A DNA stretch of 63,740 nucleotides, counting the filler, from Craspedostauros australis (taxonomy: Eukaryota), in assembly GCA_030167865.1 (NCBI GenBank). It is 8 parts of 8 records of this genome, joined end to end, with 100 filler letters (N's around TTAATTAATTAA, not from the genome) between each part and the next. Parts side by side here need not be neighbours in the genome. Positions count along the whole stretch, not along the records: positions 1 to 27,510 come from JALAGF010006318.1; positions 27,611 to 34,890 come from JALAGF010006323.1; 6 more parts are not named here. One strand, given 5' to 3'. Below the pieces are notes generated by a model, which saw only the letters and a program-made list of their open reading frames with translations, was not told the DNA's origin and made no database searches. Positions 24,201 to 34,990 of the stretch are shown piece after piece. Both the position numbers and the translations under genes were made by a program. Within the stretch, counting starts at the first letter, position 1. Every line of letters starts with the position of its first letter.

Positions 24201-26757
24201 TCGCCCGCTCTGCTCGGTTCTGATTCTGATTCATGGGAGCAGTGAAGGAGTGCTCGATCATGTACCACATCGCCACAGCCTTCCATTCCTTGACAGCTTG
24301 GACCTGTGAGTAGTCCGAGATGAGTAGGTCAGGTGCCCTGACCTGCACGATGAAATCGGTGAGCACCACTGGCGCCATCGCCTCTTGTCGGAGTGGCTTG
24401 GTCCAGATGGATTTGGACTCGCTGTGTGCAAAAGGCTGGAAGCACTTGTAGTGTCAAATGGATGGGACCGTGGAGAAGAATGGATCGGTTTCCACTCTTC
24501 CCTTGATTTGGTGTGGCCGTAGCGCGCCCGCTCGCTGCGCACAGTACTGCCTTCGGATGAGTCTTGGTTCCACCTCGATGGGAGTATCGGCCAGCTGCAT
24601 CAATGCTGCTTTCGTTTTCTCGACCGCCTGTTGTGGGAGATGCCGGACGACTTTGTTGAAGTCAACACTGGTGTGGGATCGCCAAAGGCGTCTGTGTCTG
24701 TCGCATAGTAATATTCTTAGTTTGAGTTAGCTCGCGAGCTGTCGGTTTACGAATTGGGATGCGCAGGGTATTGCTGTCGTGATTGGCCAGCGGGATGCTG
24801 ATGTCGCCAGACGCTATCCGTTGCTGCCTGTTGTATTGTCGAAGCCGATCGTAGATGCTGATGTCAGACGTGCGCATGTGGTGTGTATTGAACAGCGACT
24901 TCATCTTCTGTGGATGCTTGTCGAAAGCCACGTAATATGCCTTGATGAGGATCACTCCGCCTTCTGGCGGCTCGTACGCTGCCACTGCATCAACCATCGG
25001 AAACGTCTCGATTTGCGAGTCCACTGTCGCCACTTGGGGTGGAACTGCTGCTAGTGATTTTGGGCTACCACCCATCCAGACTCATGAACAATGCCGCCGT
25101 CCGCGCCTGAGTCTAGAATGATATAACCGTGGCTACTATTCGTTACTCTTGCCTGTCGAATCGTGTGCTCTGTATGTGGGTCGGCGCTTCTTGGACGCGA
25201 CTCTCGTAGCGTATCCAGGGTCGTATGCCCTGGCCCGCTCTCCGCGGCCTTTTGCATCAAGTCTACACTGTCTTGGTCCTTGATGCATATGGCAACCTCC
25301 GACTGCTGGCGTGAAGTGCCTGTCATTGGTTGTCAGGAGCCATTGTCACATGGTCCATACTTCTTGGTTCGATTGGTCTTGTTGCCGAATCTGGTGCGCT
25401 TGTTGGGTTTGCGCTGAGTGTGATGCTCCTGGGTCTTCGCGCACTCGGCGGGTTTGTTGCGCTTGAACGTCCCCTTGCTGATGAGTTCTCCTGTCTCGCG
25501 GAAGTGACGCGAGGATTCCACCACGAGCACTTGTGCTGGGGGTGAGACGGCTTCTGAATACAATATCTGGAAGTCGGTACATCGACAGTTTCTTGCGATC
25601 CCCGGATGTAGATTCAAACGGTCACTTGCGGTCCGTTCGCCTGTCCTTCTGGTGTGCGCGTCGATTGCACTGTGGAGATCTGTCGATCTCCGCGTTGGAG
25701 AGGACCTTGTCGTGCTTCATGAGAGTCTCGCGGACCCAATTGAAGGACTCGTCTGTCTCTTGGAGGCGAGAGACCGTACTGGTGAATCAATCATCGCGAA
25801 TGTTGTGGAAGAATCGTGCAATCTTCTGCTTGTCGCTCATTGCCTTTCCGTTGTTTTCTATTGCCTGAACAGACATGGAGAAGTCATTGACGAACGCGCT
25901 GAACGGTCCAGATCCATTGTAGACAAGTTTGGACAGTTTGTCTTCCTCTGTTGCCACAATGTCGGCCCTGTTCTCAGTGGATTCGTATGTGCGGATGAGG
26001 GCCTGGAAGGCTGCATGACCGCTGTCTCTTTCCGCGAGGACCATGTAGTTAGCATGTCCTTTGCACGTCTTTGAGTTGAGCACTGCGTAGAACTGGGTGT
26101 CAACATCCTTGCAGTAGTCATTTGGTCTCTCCTCCTTCATGTATGCCGCGTATCTGGTCATGACCAGCTGGCAGTGGAAGTAGGTCTTCCACTGGTACCA
26201 TTCGATGTTGAGTCCGCTGAATGGCTCCACCTCTAGCAGGGTGACTTTGTCATGCTTCCATCCAGTTGGCGTTGATGGCGATCGGTGTACTTCCAGTGGG
26301 CGCCTTGGTGAGTGTACCACAACCTCGTGGCTCATTGCCTCGGCAAGTTCACGATTGGCGGCTTCCTTCATCGCGAGTTTCAATCACATTTGGGTTGCCT
26401 TGCTGGCGACAGGAGTCTTGATGGTTGGTACCTCATATCCGGTTGTTGTAGTGAACTCGTTGATGGCCGCCCAATTGGTTGCTTGGTCGATTTTCCGTTC
26501 TTTCGTGAAAGCGAAGATGCGAAGGATGTTCTCAATGTTGATCGAGGTGAGTGTTGGTGAGAGAGCCAGCGCTTGGATGGTGTTTTTTGTCTGGATTCTT
26601 GATGGCGCGTTCGATCCTTCTGAGTTGCTTGTTGATGAACTCCATTTCTTTGTCATCAAGGTCAGCAAGTTCCTTGATTACGGCTGTCAAAGCTTGGTTG
26701 TTGATTGGTCTTGCCATGGTGGTTGATGTTGGAAAGGTGATATGCTTGTTGGTAAAC

Positions 26758-26771
26758 CACGACTCTTAATC
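26758..26771 (-). other. Putative primer-binding site complementary to the tRNA-Lys(CUU) anticodon arm
   Basis: Element-sense GATTAAGAGTCGTG abuts the 5' LTR. Its complement contains GACTCTTAATC, the anticodon arm of eukaryotic tRNA-Lys(CUU). Confidence 0.6.
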
Positions 26772-26933
26772 TGTCAAAGTGCACAAGTAACTACTGGAGA
26801 CGTATTGGCCCGTTGTTGCGTGCCCTGGTCGGAGCTCTTGTTCTTTCATTGTGAGTTGTCCGAGGACAATCTCCGACCAGTATTTTGACTAATATGATTT
26901 GTAAAGAGGTAAAAAGTACAGAGAAAGCTGTCA
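26772..26933 (-). repeat. 5' LTR (162 bp)
   Basis: Direct repeat of 21097-21259, lying just upstream of the gag start on the minus strand. Confidence 0.93.
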
Positions 26934-27452
26934 CCTGCCATCATCACCATTGTTTCTCTTGCCAACACCACCTTCATTGCCATCACCATTGCCTTCTGTG
27001 ACGGAATCATTCGGGTTGCTTTCCCCATCACCATCTTTGTTGCCATCACCAGCATCGTCCTTGACAACAGCATCGCTGTGGCTAGCACCACCACCTTCGT
27101 TGCCATGGTGGCGACCATAGCCACTGACAATGCTATCCTGGGCGTCATCATGGCTGTCTATGTCAATGCTGCCCCAATCAACACCACCGTCGCTGTCAGC
27201 ATCGTTGTGGCCATCGAATGCATGACGGATAACGCCATGTCCGTCATGAAAAAGAAGTAGTACCTTTGTGTGCAGTCTGGGGTAGCCGTCGTCAAAAATG
27301 GAATGGTTGATGTAGATCTTCATGAACAAGTTGAAAAACGCAGATGATAGTTGAATTGGATAGATCGCCCTGATTATTTTTTTGTCGATGGCATGGATGA
27401 TACCAATGGAGGGTTGTTGACAAACGGGATGACGACGAGGACCACGTAGCAT
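26934..27452 (-). pseudogene. 5' part of the D/G/N-rich host ORF interrupted by the Copia element
   Basis: ORF runs up to the TSD (..NNGDDGR) and resumes at 21091 as DGNGDEAIGDGDH. Confidence 0.5.
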
Positions 27453-27510
27453 GTGACGAACAAGTCAATTCGCATGCACAAGAAGCTGCAGGAGAATCAA
27501 GACAACCAAG

Positions 27511-27610
27511 NNNNNNNNNNNNNNNNNNNNNNNNNNNNNNNNNNNNNNNNNNNNTTAATTAATTAANNNNNNNNNNNNNNNNNNNNNNNNNNNNNNNNNN
27601 NNNNNNNNNN
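27511..27610. other. Artificial scaffold spacer (N-TTAATTAATTAA-N)
   Basis: 12-mer with stops in all six frames embedded in Ns at 27555-27566. Identical spacers at 34935, 39344, 53844, 56457, 60074 and 61580. Confidence 0.97.
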
Positions 27611-28350
27611 ATTGTCTAGTATACGTTTGATTTTGGATACGATTGTATAAATGTGAAGCGGACTGTGCAATGAGTTCGTGGTCAACCTCGAAGACTTCTG
27701 ATCTGTTGTCCATTTGGTACTGTATTGGAAGAAGAGGAGCGGGAGAGAGCCATTGGAATGGTATGGCTGCCGCTCGTGCCAGCGGCTTTGCTTTGTTGGA
27801 AGGAGGAAGCGTGGGGCGGGGGGNNNNNNNNNNNNNNNNNNNNNNNNNNNNNNNNNNNNNNNNNNNNNNNNNNNNNNNNNNNNNNNNNNNNNNNNNNNNN
27901 NNNNNNNNNNNNNNNNNNNNNNNNNNNNCAAAACCAAGTGCAGAACAGACGAAATGAGCATGACATCACACTGGTCTAAAGCGATGTAGGATGCAACACA
28001 TGCGTGCATCGGTGTGTATAGCATTTGTATCGCATTCGCTACACTACGTTGATACTTGATGTTGTGGAGTGGTTTTGCCTGGCTTGGCCACCCGAAACGA
28101 GCGCGGGAGCATCATGTGTTGCTCTCATCAAGCCCCGTCTTTGTATTCGTGGTCTGTTGGTCTGTTTCCGTTTCATCAATCGCGATGTGACGAGAACCTC
28201 GTTTAGTCGAANNNNNNNNNNNNNNNNNNNNNNNNNNNNNNNNNNNNNNNNNNNNNNNNNNNNNNNNNNNNNNNNNNNNNNNNNNNNNNNNNNNNNNNNN
28301 NNNNNNNNNNNNNNNNNNNNNNNNNNNNNNNNNNNNNNNNNNNNNNNNNN

Positions 28351-28454
28351 TCGAATGACGGATATTAAAATCGAATGACGGATAAATAAATCAAATGACG
28401 GATATTTAAATCGAATGACGGATAAATAAATCGATTGACGGCTATTAAAATCGA
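28351..28454 (+). repeat. 20-bp tandem repeat (about 5 visible copies, TCGAATGACGGATAWWWAAA)
   Basis: Copies start at 28351, 28371, 28391, 28411 and 28431. The array runs into an N gap. Confidence 0.85.
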
Positions 28455-29057
28455 GGGTTCGGTTTTCGCACGACTGGTCGGGATTAAATCAAGGCACAGT
28501 ATTGCAGAGTCATTTTCGGAGTTTCTCCATGGTTTTCCCATAAATAAAACTGGAAGCTATGACCTTCAAAGAGTTCCTGAGAACGAAAATTTGATTCGAG
28601 AACATTCCTCGTGCGGGGTTTTTTGTCATCGCAAAAACCACGAGTTTTGATTGGCTGGGTCAGTAGACTCCAAAATAGACTAATTCGACCCATTTTGCCG
28701 GGTGTCCCAGGACTCATCTCGCCTCACTCAATCATTGCAAACGACAAATAGCACGGGGAGCCATTCGTTGTGTGGCGGTGGCGGCGGCGATGACGACAGT
28801 GATGGTGGCGGCACAACAGAAATCGCCGCTGAGAATACTGATGCAGATCGCCACAACCACAACTACAACGCTCAACACTCAACGATGATCACCGTCGGCA
28901 CCAAGCATCTATCCACAGAGTACGTATACCAATACTCTCTCTCTCGTTTCTCTCTGCTGCTTGAGAGAGACTTCGAACGATGCCGGCTGGTTGACTTGGT
29001 TCCTCACTCATTGATCGCCCAACCACAGAGACAGCCGCAACCAGAAGAATCACAGCA

Positions 29058-30003
29058 ATGACAACAATGGCACCAATGGCATCGTTGATGTATCAAAAGA
29101 GGATGATTGGTGCCATCTGCGTCGCTTGCATGGTGGTGGCAACGAACTCACTGTCATCGCCGTCGTCCCCGTCATCCTCGCTCCAACGCAGAAGCGAATC
29201 AGCAGGAGAAGAAGCAATGAGAGTGGGAACCACCAACCAATACGGAAGATTGCCGTGATCGGCGGTGGCAGCGCTGGTCTCTCCTGGTGCAGGCTTTCGG
29301 GAACAACAGCAATACCGACACCAACGACACCAACGACAATAGCGACAACAGCGACAACAACGTCGCTTGGAAGGCATCATCCAAGGCTGAGCGCATCCAG
29401 CAGCAGATGCGACAGTAGATCGATGATGCCAAGATCCCCAAGCACACCATCAGGCCCATCATCGATCGACTCGTCGACAATGCCGATCGTTTCTTCGAGT
29501 TGGGGATCTACCTCCACAATCCCTTTGTGTGACAGACCAAGGCGATGATGGCCACCAACTGAAATCGCAATCGCGACTGCAACTTCAATGGAAGCACTTG
29601 CAAAGACGCAGATGCGGATAAGGGCGCCATTCTTACTGTCTGTGGTGATGCGGCGCACGCCATGCCTCTGTTCCTTTGACAGGGCACCAATCAGGCTATC
29701 CAAGACGCCAACTGTCTGGTCAACGCCATTCGGCAGTACACCATGCAGTGCAATGGACAAGCCAATGGTGGGAACAGCCTCAAAGACATCCTGCAGATAG
29801 AATACAAGGACAAGCGATGGTCCACCATCGCGACCATCATGGATATCACGGCCACCACAGCCAAGGCTGATTAGTCTGCTGGGACACCTGGAGGCCTTGT
29901 GAGGACCGTTGGCCAAGTTCTGGGATGTATCCTTCTTCATCATGGACAAGACGGACGTTGCGAAGAAGACCGTTCTGGATGCTGCTGCTCCGAGGAGAGA
30001 TGA
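29058..30003 (+). pseudogene. FAD-dependent monooxygenase pseudogene (internally deleted)
   Basis: Signal-peptide-like start, then KIAVIGGGSAGL in a shifted frame, then FFELGIYLHNPF* and GDAAHAMPLFL*QGTNQAIQDANCL (29644 onward) with several in-frame stops. Confidence 0.8.
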
Positions 30004-30289
30004 GAATGTATGGAGCGTTATGAAATCGCGATGTGAATTCGTGATGTGGAGCAGATAAGTTCTGTGGACGGCTTTCGCTTGTTGTTGATGGACCAGCCAT
30101 ACTCGAACGATCTAGGCATTCCATGCTTCTCACCAACCACAACACAAATACAATCGCAATCATAATCACAAGTGAACACCTCCCAATCAATCAACCTCCC
30201 AATCAACCAATCATCTCCCTTTTCCATCTCACTCGTACAACAATACACTCACATGCACCAGAGTATCAATACTTTCTTCATACGCTGTT

Positions 30290-31756
30290 CTAATTACTCG
30301 ATGAGCAGAGTACTCCAAACCAATCCAGGATCTCATCAATCATCGATGTGTCTTTCTTTTCCACACCGCAAGCAGAAGGATCATCAACTCGGACGAGCCG
30401 ATCCTCTCTCTTGTCATCCCATGCCTGTTTCAACGTCTCACTGCCCTGCAGCAGAACGTTGAAAGTCTCGCTCATGGGATCCATTGTACCCATTATACCC
30501 ATTGCTTCTATTTCATCCATTGGACCACGGCGTTGGCTTGTTCTCATCAGCATCTCTCCAAACAGGGCCAGTGAACGCGACCATGTTGGAAGGGAACACA
30601 ACACTGCTCTCACCTTGTTGCGATGATTTCGCCGCAAGCTTTGTTCAACAAGCGCATTGTACGAATGGACATATTCGTCAGGCGGACGTGGATAAATGTA
30701 GAGATAGGTGAGTTGGGTAGTCTGCTCCAAGGCTTGCTGAAGTGCTTCCATTTGTGCCGGGAAGATCTCGGGTGGAACCTCAAACATGATGGGATCCTCA
30801 AAGGGATTGTATCTGAGAGATGACAAGCCCTTGTTTCCCAGGAGCGATACCAAAGTGTCGAACCTTGCCATCTGCTCTTGTCGCGATGACCCGATCCAAA
30901 TACCGGAAACACTGAGATTCTTCAGGTGTGGTGCACCTGCAAGGAGTTGGATGATCTGGTCGATTTCTTGTTGTGAGTAGATTTTTCGAGTGTCGGAGAG
31001 CCAAGACCAATTGATGTTGAGCTTGTTGATGCGCTTGTTTGACTGGAATAGCTTTGCCAAACTATCGCAAGTGACACGGGTGCGTACAAAGGATACTTCG
31101 GTGACGTTGCAATTGTTTGGAGACAGCCATCTGCACAAATCAGCGCCCCCATTGGCGAGCTTACAATTTTTAAACGCAACGTATTTCGAGTTCTGGGAGA
31201 TGTTGAACATGAGCTTGTCACAATCAACAAGATCACATGAATAAAAATGCACACGATGTGTCACAAGAGGGATATCATGGAGCTGCTTCATCTCGACGAA
31301 GCATCGATGCAAGCGGGTGCCTTTGTAGCATGAAGACTTGGGTGGGTGTTTGGCAGCCAATCGAAGTACGAAGCGAATCGCTTGCTTGTCTTCTTCTCCG
31401 AATTGGTCATTGCTGCCGAATTCCAGAGTCAGGGATCCAATATCCATCCATCCGCAGCCCCTGCGAAGCGAATCGCCCAGTAGAACACGAGGTGATAAAG
31501 CAACGTGCTTGTGCCGCCGCTTCATCGATTTCAAGTCAGCAAAGGTGAATCCTGCTTCGATGGCCATGTCCCAGTATTCCATCCGCTTGGGTGTGACACT
31601 GTAGCAGCCGATCTGCTGTCTTGGATGACTCTGTATATTGAACACGGTCATCGGCGACAGCTCTTTTCGATGGAGTTGTTTCCAGAAAGTCTTGAAGTCT
31701 GGATCATGATCGGTGTTGGTATTGGTGTTGGCGACAGCATCCATGTTGTGGTTCAT
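30290..31756 (-). CDS. Hypothetical RNI/LRR-like protein (488 aa)
   Basis: Intact ORF with degenerate LxxLxL units (INKLNINW, LKNLSVSG, LSSLRY, LTYLYI) and a terminal LRRNH motif like expanded diatom LRR-like families. Confidence 0.65.
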   Translation of the reverse strand: MNHNMDAVANTNTNTDHDPDFKTFWKQLHRKELSPMTVFNIQSHPRQQIGCYSVTPKRMEYWDMAIEAGFTFADLKSMKRRHKHVALSPRVLLGDSLRRGCGWMDIGSLTLEFGSNDQFGEEDKQAIRFVLRLAAKHPPKSSCYKGTRLHRCFVEMKQLHDIPLVTHRVHFYSCDLVDCDKLMFNISQNSKYVAFKNCKLANGGADLCRWLSPNNCNVTEVSFVRTRVTCDSLAKLFQSNKRINKLNINWSWLSDTRKIYSQQEIDQIIQLLAGAPHLKNLSVSGIWIGSSRQEQMARFDTLVSLLGNKGLSSLRYNPFEDPIMFEVPPEIFPAQMEALQQALEQTTQLTYLYIYPRPPDEYVHSYNALVEQSLRRNHRNKVRAVLCSLPTWSRSLALFGEMLMRTSQRRGPMDEIEAMGIMGTMDPMSETFNVLLQGSETLKQAWDDKREDRLVRVDDPSACGVEKKDTSMIDEILDWFGVLCSSSN

Positions 31757-34044
31757 CCTTTTCTTGTTGTCGCTGTCGTTGCTGTCGTTGCTGTCGTTGC
31801 TATTGTTCGTGCTGCTGGTGATTGTTCCTGATGATGACTGTTGCTGAAGATGGTTGTTGCCGTTGGTGGTCCTCCCTGTTGGCGAGCAGAGCAGGCAGAG
31901 CTGATAGAGCAGGCAGAGTGTGTGGTCCCAAATCAGTTGCGCTTGGATGGCGATTGTGAGCTCATCTGCTCAAGTTTGCTGTCCTCCATTTCATGATCCT
32001 GTGCGTTGATCACGAAGCAACGTGTCGTCAGTCAACATGCCTGGATGGACTTGCGCAGTTCCACCACGGTGTATGGTATGATATGGTATGGTACGACCGT
32101 GGACAGCCACATCACGATCCGAAGCTGCCTAGCTCGCTCACACGATACGACCTTCGATGATGCCCAACTTGGCCACGCTGTGCAGTTGTGCCTCTTCATG
32201 TGATACCATCGGTCGTGCAATACGAGGTGCAAATCGTAGTTGATGCACCAACGATAACACTAGTTGTGGAGTGTTTTTTGAGTTTTACTCGTGATGAGTC
32301 GTGATAAATTAGACTAAAATAGAGCACACCCAAAACCATCCAAACAACTGCTTATGATGTTATATCTCAACAACACATCNTTTAAAATTAAAAATAGACA
32401 GTGCATTCGAACGCGTGGCTATCAGTGATTCTGAATATCGAAGTTAAATTTGTATGAACTTTATTTTTAATGTCGTTTTGGCTTGCTGTCAGTCAGGTGG
32501 TGGGTGCAGAAAATTCTCAATGGCACCATGCTGCCCTACCTTCAGCACCCATGATCATCATCATCATCCCTGGCATTTTCGCAATCTGCGCATCACATTG
32601 GCTCCGGATACCCCCCATCTATCCACCCCATGAAGCTTCTCCACGGATAGCCGCATCTCATACTCCGAACTGTCCCTGCACTGAAAAGCAGAAATCTTGA
32701 AAACACGATTCCGACACGGATGCCGTTCGGATTTGGATCCGTATCTCGTCGATACGATCCTTGCAGCTCCTCCACATGCCCCTCATGCGTTCCCACATTC
32801 TCTGGCAACACACTGATGTGTTCAGAATGGGTTGGGAGTTCGTACCTCCAAAGGTACATCTCCATGTGATGATGGCACCATGGAGTTTTTCCGACACCCA
32901 AAAACCCCCATTTTGTGTGCATCCCACTTAGCAGCCTCTTCCAGACCGTATCCGTGGAGAAGGCTCCGCCCTGGTCATCTTGAGTTGATTCCGAACACAT
33001 CTTGAATGGGTGGCTTGGCGATCTGGGTGACTTGACAATGGCACCCATCACCACCCAGGTCACGTGATGTGTCCGCCGCCACCCACCAAAAAACTCTTGC
33101 CCGCCACTTGCTTCTTGCGGAGGGCACCTTCCAGGCCACCCCCGACCCTCAAACTTCGTGTGCATCTTCACCGTATCCTCTTTGATGCGTCTTGCTCATC
33201 AATAGTCGTTGGGATGGCCTGTGCATTCCAGGCAGAGACCATATCCAACGAGAAGATTTTCCTCCGAATCGTGTCGTGTGCGCGTGGGCCTGCCACGGCC
33301 CCAAATCAACCACGATGGCATCCCCCTCTGGATCATCTACTAAAATTCACATGGCGGTTCCGCCTATGCGCTCAGATCTTGCACCGGACCGCTGGTTGTC
33401 GCAGCGCCGATGATTCTGTTCGACGGTGCTTGAGGAGTTTTGTTGTGTTTCTCCATTGTCGTGTTGTTGTGTTGTGTTTGGTGTTCTCAAACAGTTTTTG
33501 CTGTTGGGGGCNNNNNNNNNNNNNNNNNNNNNNNNNNNNNNNNNNNNNNNNNNNNNNNNNNGTTGTTGTGTTGTGTTTGGTGTTCTCAAACAGTTTTTGC
33601 TGTTGGGGGCCATGGAGATTAATCACAATTCTACCGAATGTGCCAGCCAATGCGAACACTTTGCGAGTCCCGAATTGCGCCTCCATTCCACAACAACAAA
33701 ACTGACCTCACAAANTGGACAACGGAAACATTGCGCATCTGGGACGACCTGCTGTTGATTCTCTGCTGCTTGTAGCCATTGGTTGTACAACAATGTAGAA
33801 TGACTGTGCCTCTCCACATGAGAGAGAGTGGATGATACAAGGCGCCTTGTGACCATCCAATGTTGCCCATGCCCCTTGTGATGCGCTGCGCCGTGCTGTG
33901 CGTTGATGGCTGGTGATGCGATGCGCTGTGTCGCTGTCCTCGTGTTTCTGGTGTGTGTTGCGACGCGCCTTTCAACTGAACTGCAGCCTCCATCAACACA
34001 ATACACATCATCCTCCATTCACTGCAGTCTGCACCTTGCAAACA

Positions 34045-34890
34045 TGTTGCGCGCTGGTGATTGTGTGAAGGTGGCACCTCACCAGCGATCAGGTGGCAAG
34101 ATCCGTGACCTGGGCGTATGTCATGTTGAGTTTGCAATGAAGCAGACCACGGATGGCGCTACAGTCAAACGCGATGGGCCTCTTGCACCAGGAGAGGTGG
34201 CAATGGTCATGGTGACCCCAGTGATGGGGCAGAGCCGAATGTATGTTGTTCGTGCGGATCTGTGCACACCACACAGCCTTGCTACCTTCGCGCGGACTCG
34301 CACTGCTGGAGGCCTTGCTAAGCCTTCCCTCCTTTCTCCCCAGCATCACTCCGTCGCTGCCGTGCGTGTCAACAACAAGGCTAAGCCCCCCACACCATCC
34401 CCAACTACCATGGAATCGCAAGAAGCCAAAATCGCAGCTTTTCTCGAGGTCTCGCGGCGTCAGAAAGCAACAGCAATCGCCCAGCTCACGAAGCAGATGA
34501 AGAGAGGCGCGAAAACAAAAGGATGGTTGCGAAAGGATGGAGGGTGTAGTATTGCTAAGCCTGGTATTCCTCGCAAACGCCTTGACAAAGAAGACAATCG
34601 GAACTACACTGTTCTCTATTTCAATTTGGGTGGGATTCCAGCACATGCAGAGTTGATCGCCCATGCATGGGGTATCAATCGCACCACAGTGAGACGCAAC
34701 ATTGTGACATTCCAAACGGAGACGCTCGAATGCAAGAAGCGAAGTGACGCAGGCAGCAGCATCTTCACCTGCCCCATCAAACAACGACAGCATTTCACAC
34801 AGCGTGCAGCCTTTGCGAAACAACTACGTCTTAAACATCCAGGCCAACAGTTCGAGAATGACGAAATCGCTTCTGCCTATGCCTCTGCTT
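34045..34890 (+). CDS. Putative DNA transposase N-terminal part (truncated by gap)
   Basis: Basic ORF with an HTH-like segment IAHAWGINRTTVRRNI followed by KKRSDAG. No catalytic domain is visible before the gap. Confidence 0.4.
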
Positions 34891-34990
34891 NNNNNNNNNN
34901 NNNNNNNNNNNNNNNNNNNNNNNNNNNNNNNNNNTTAATTAATTAANNNNNNNNNNNNNNNNNNNNNNNNNNNNNNNNNNNNNNNNNNNN

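Larger units (their letters stand above)
21097..26933 (-). mobile_element. Full-length, decayed Ty1/Copia (CoDi-like) LTR retrotransposon
   Basis: Two LTRs with TG..CA ends and a 5-bp TSD CCTGC (21092-21096, 26934-26938). Minus-strand order gag (ATG 26717), protease (IILDSGAD), integrase (QNQNRAERAI), RT (KQDLRRKGRLVAG, CGDVGNAF, KALYGL, HVDD), RNase H (FVDADHAHD, ADMLT). Several stops and frameshifts. Confidence 0.95.

Noticed and set aside
27555..27566. Recurrent TTAATTAATTAA palindrome (7 copies)
   Set aside because: Always centred in N runs of fixed length. It is an artificial six-frame-stop linker between scaffolds.
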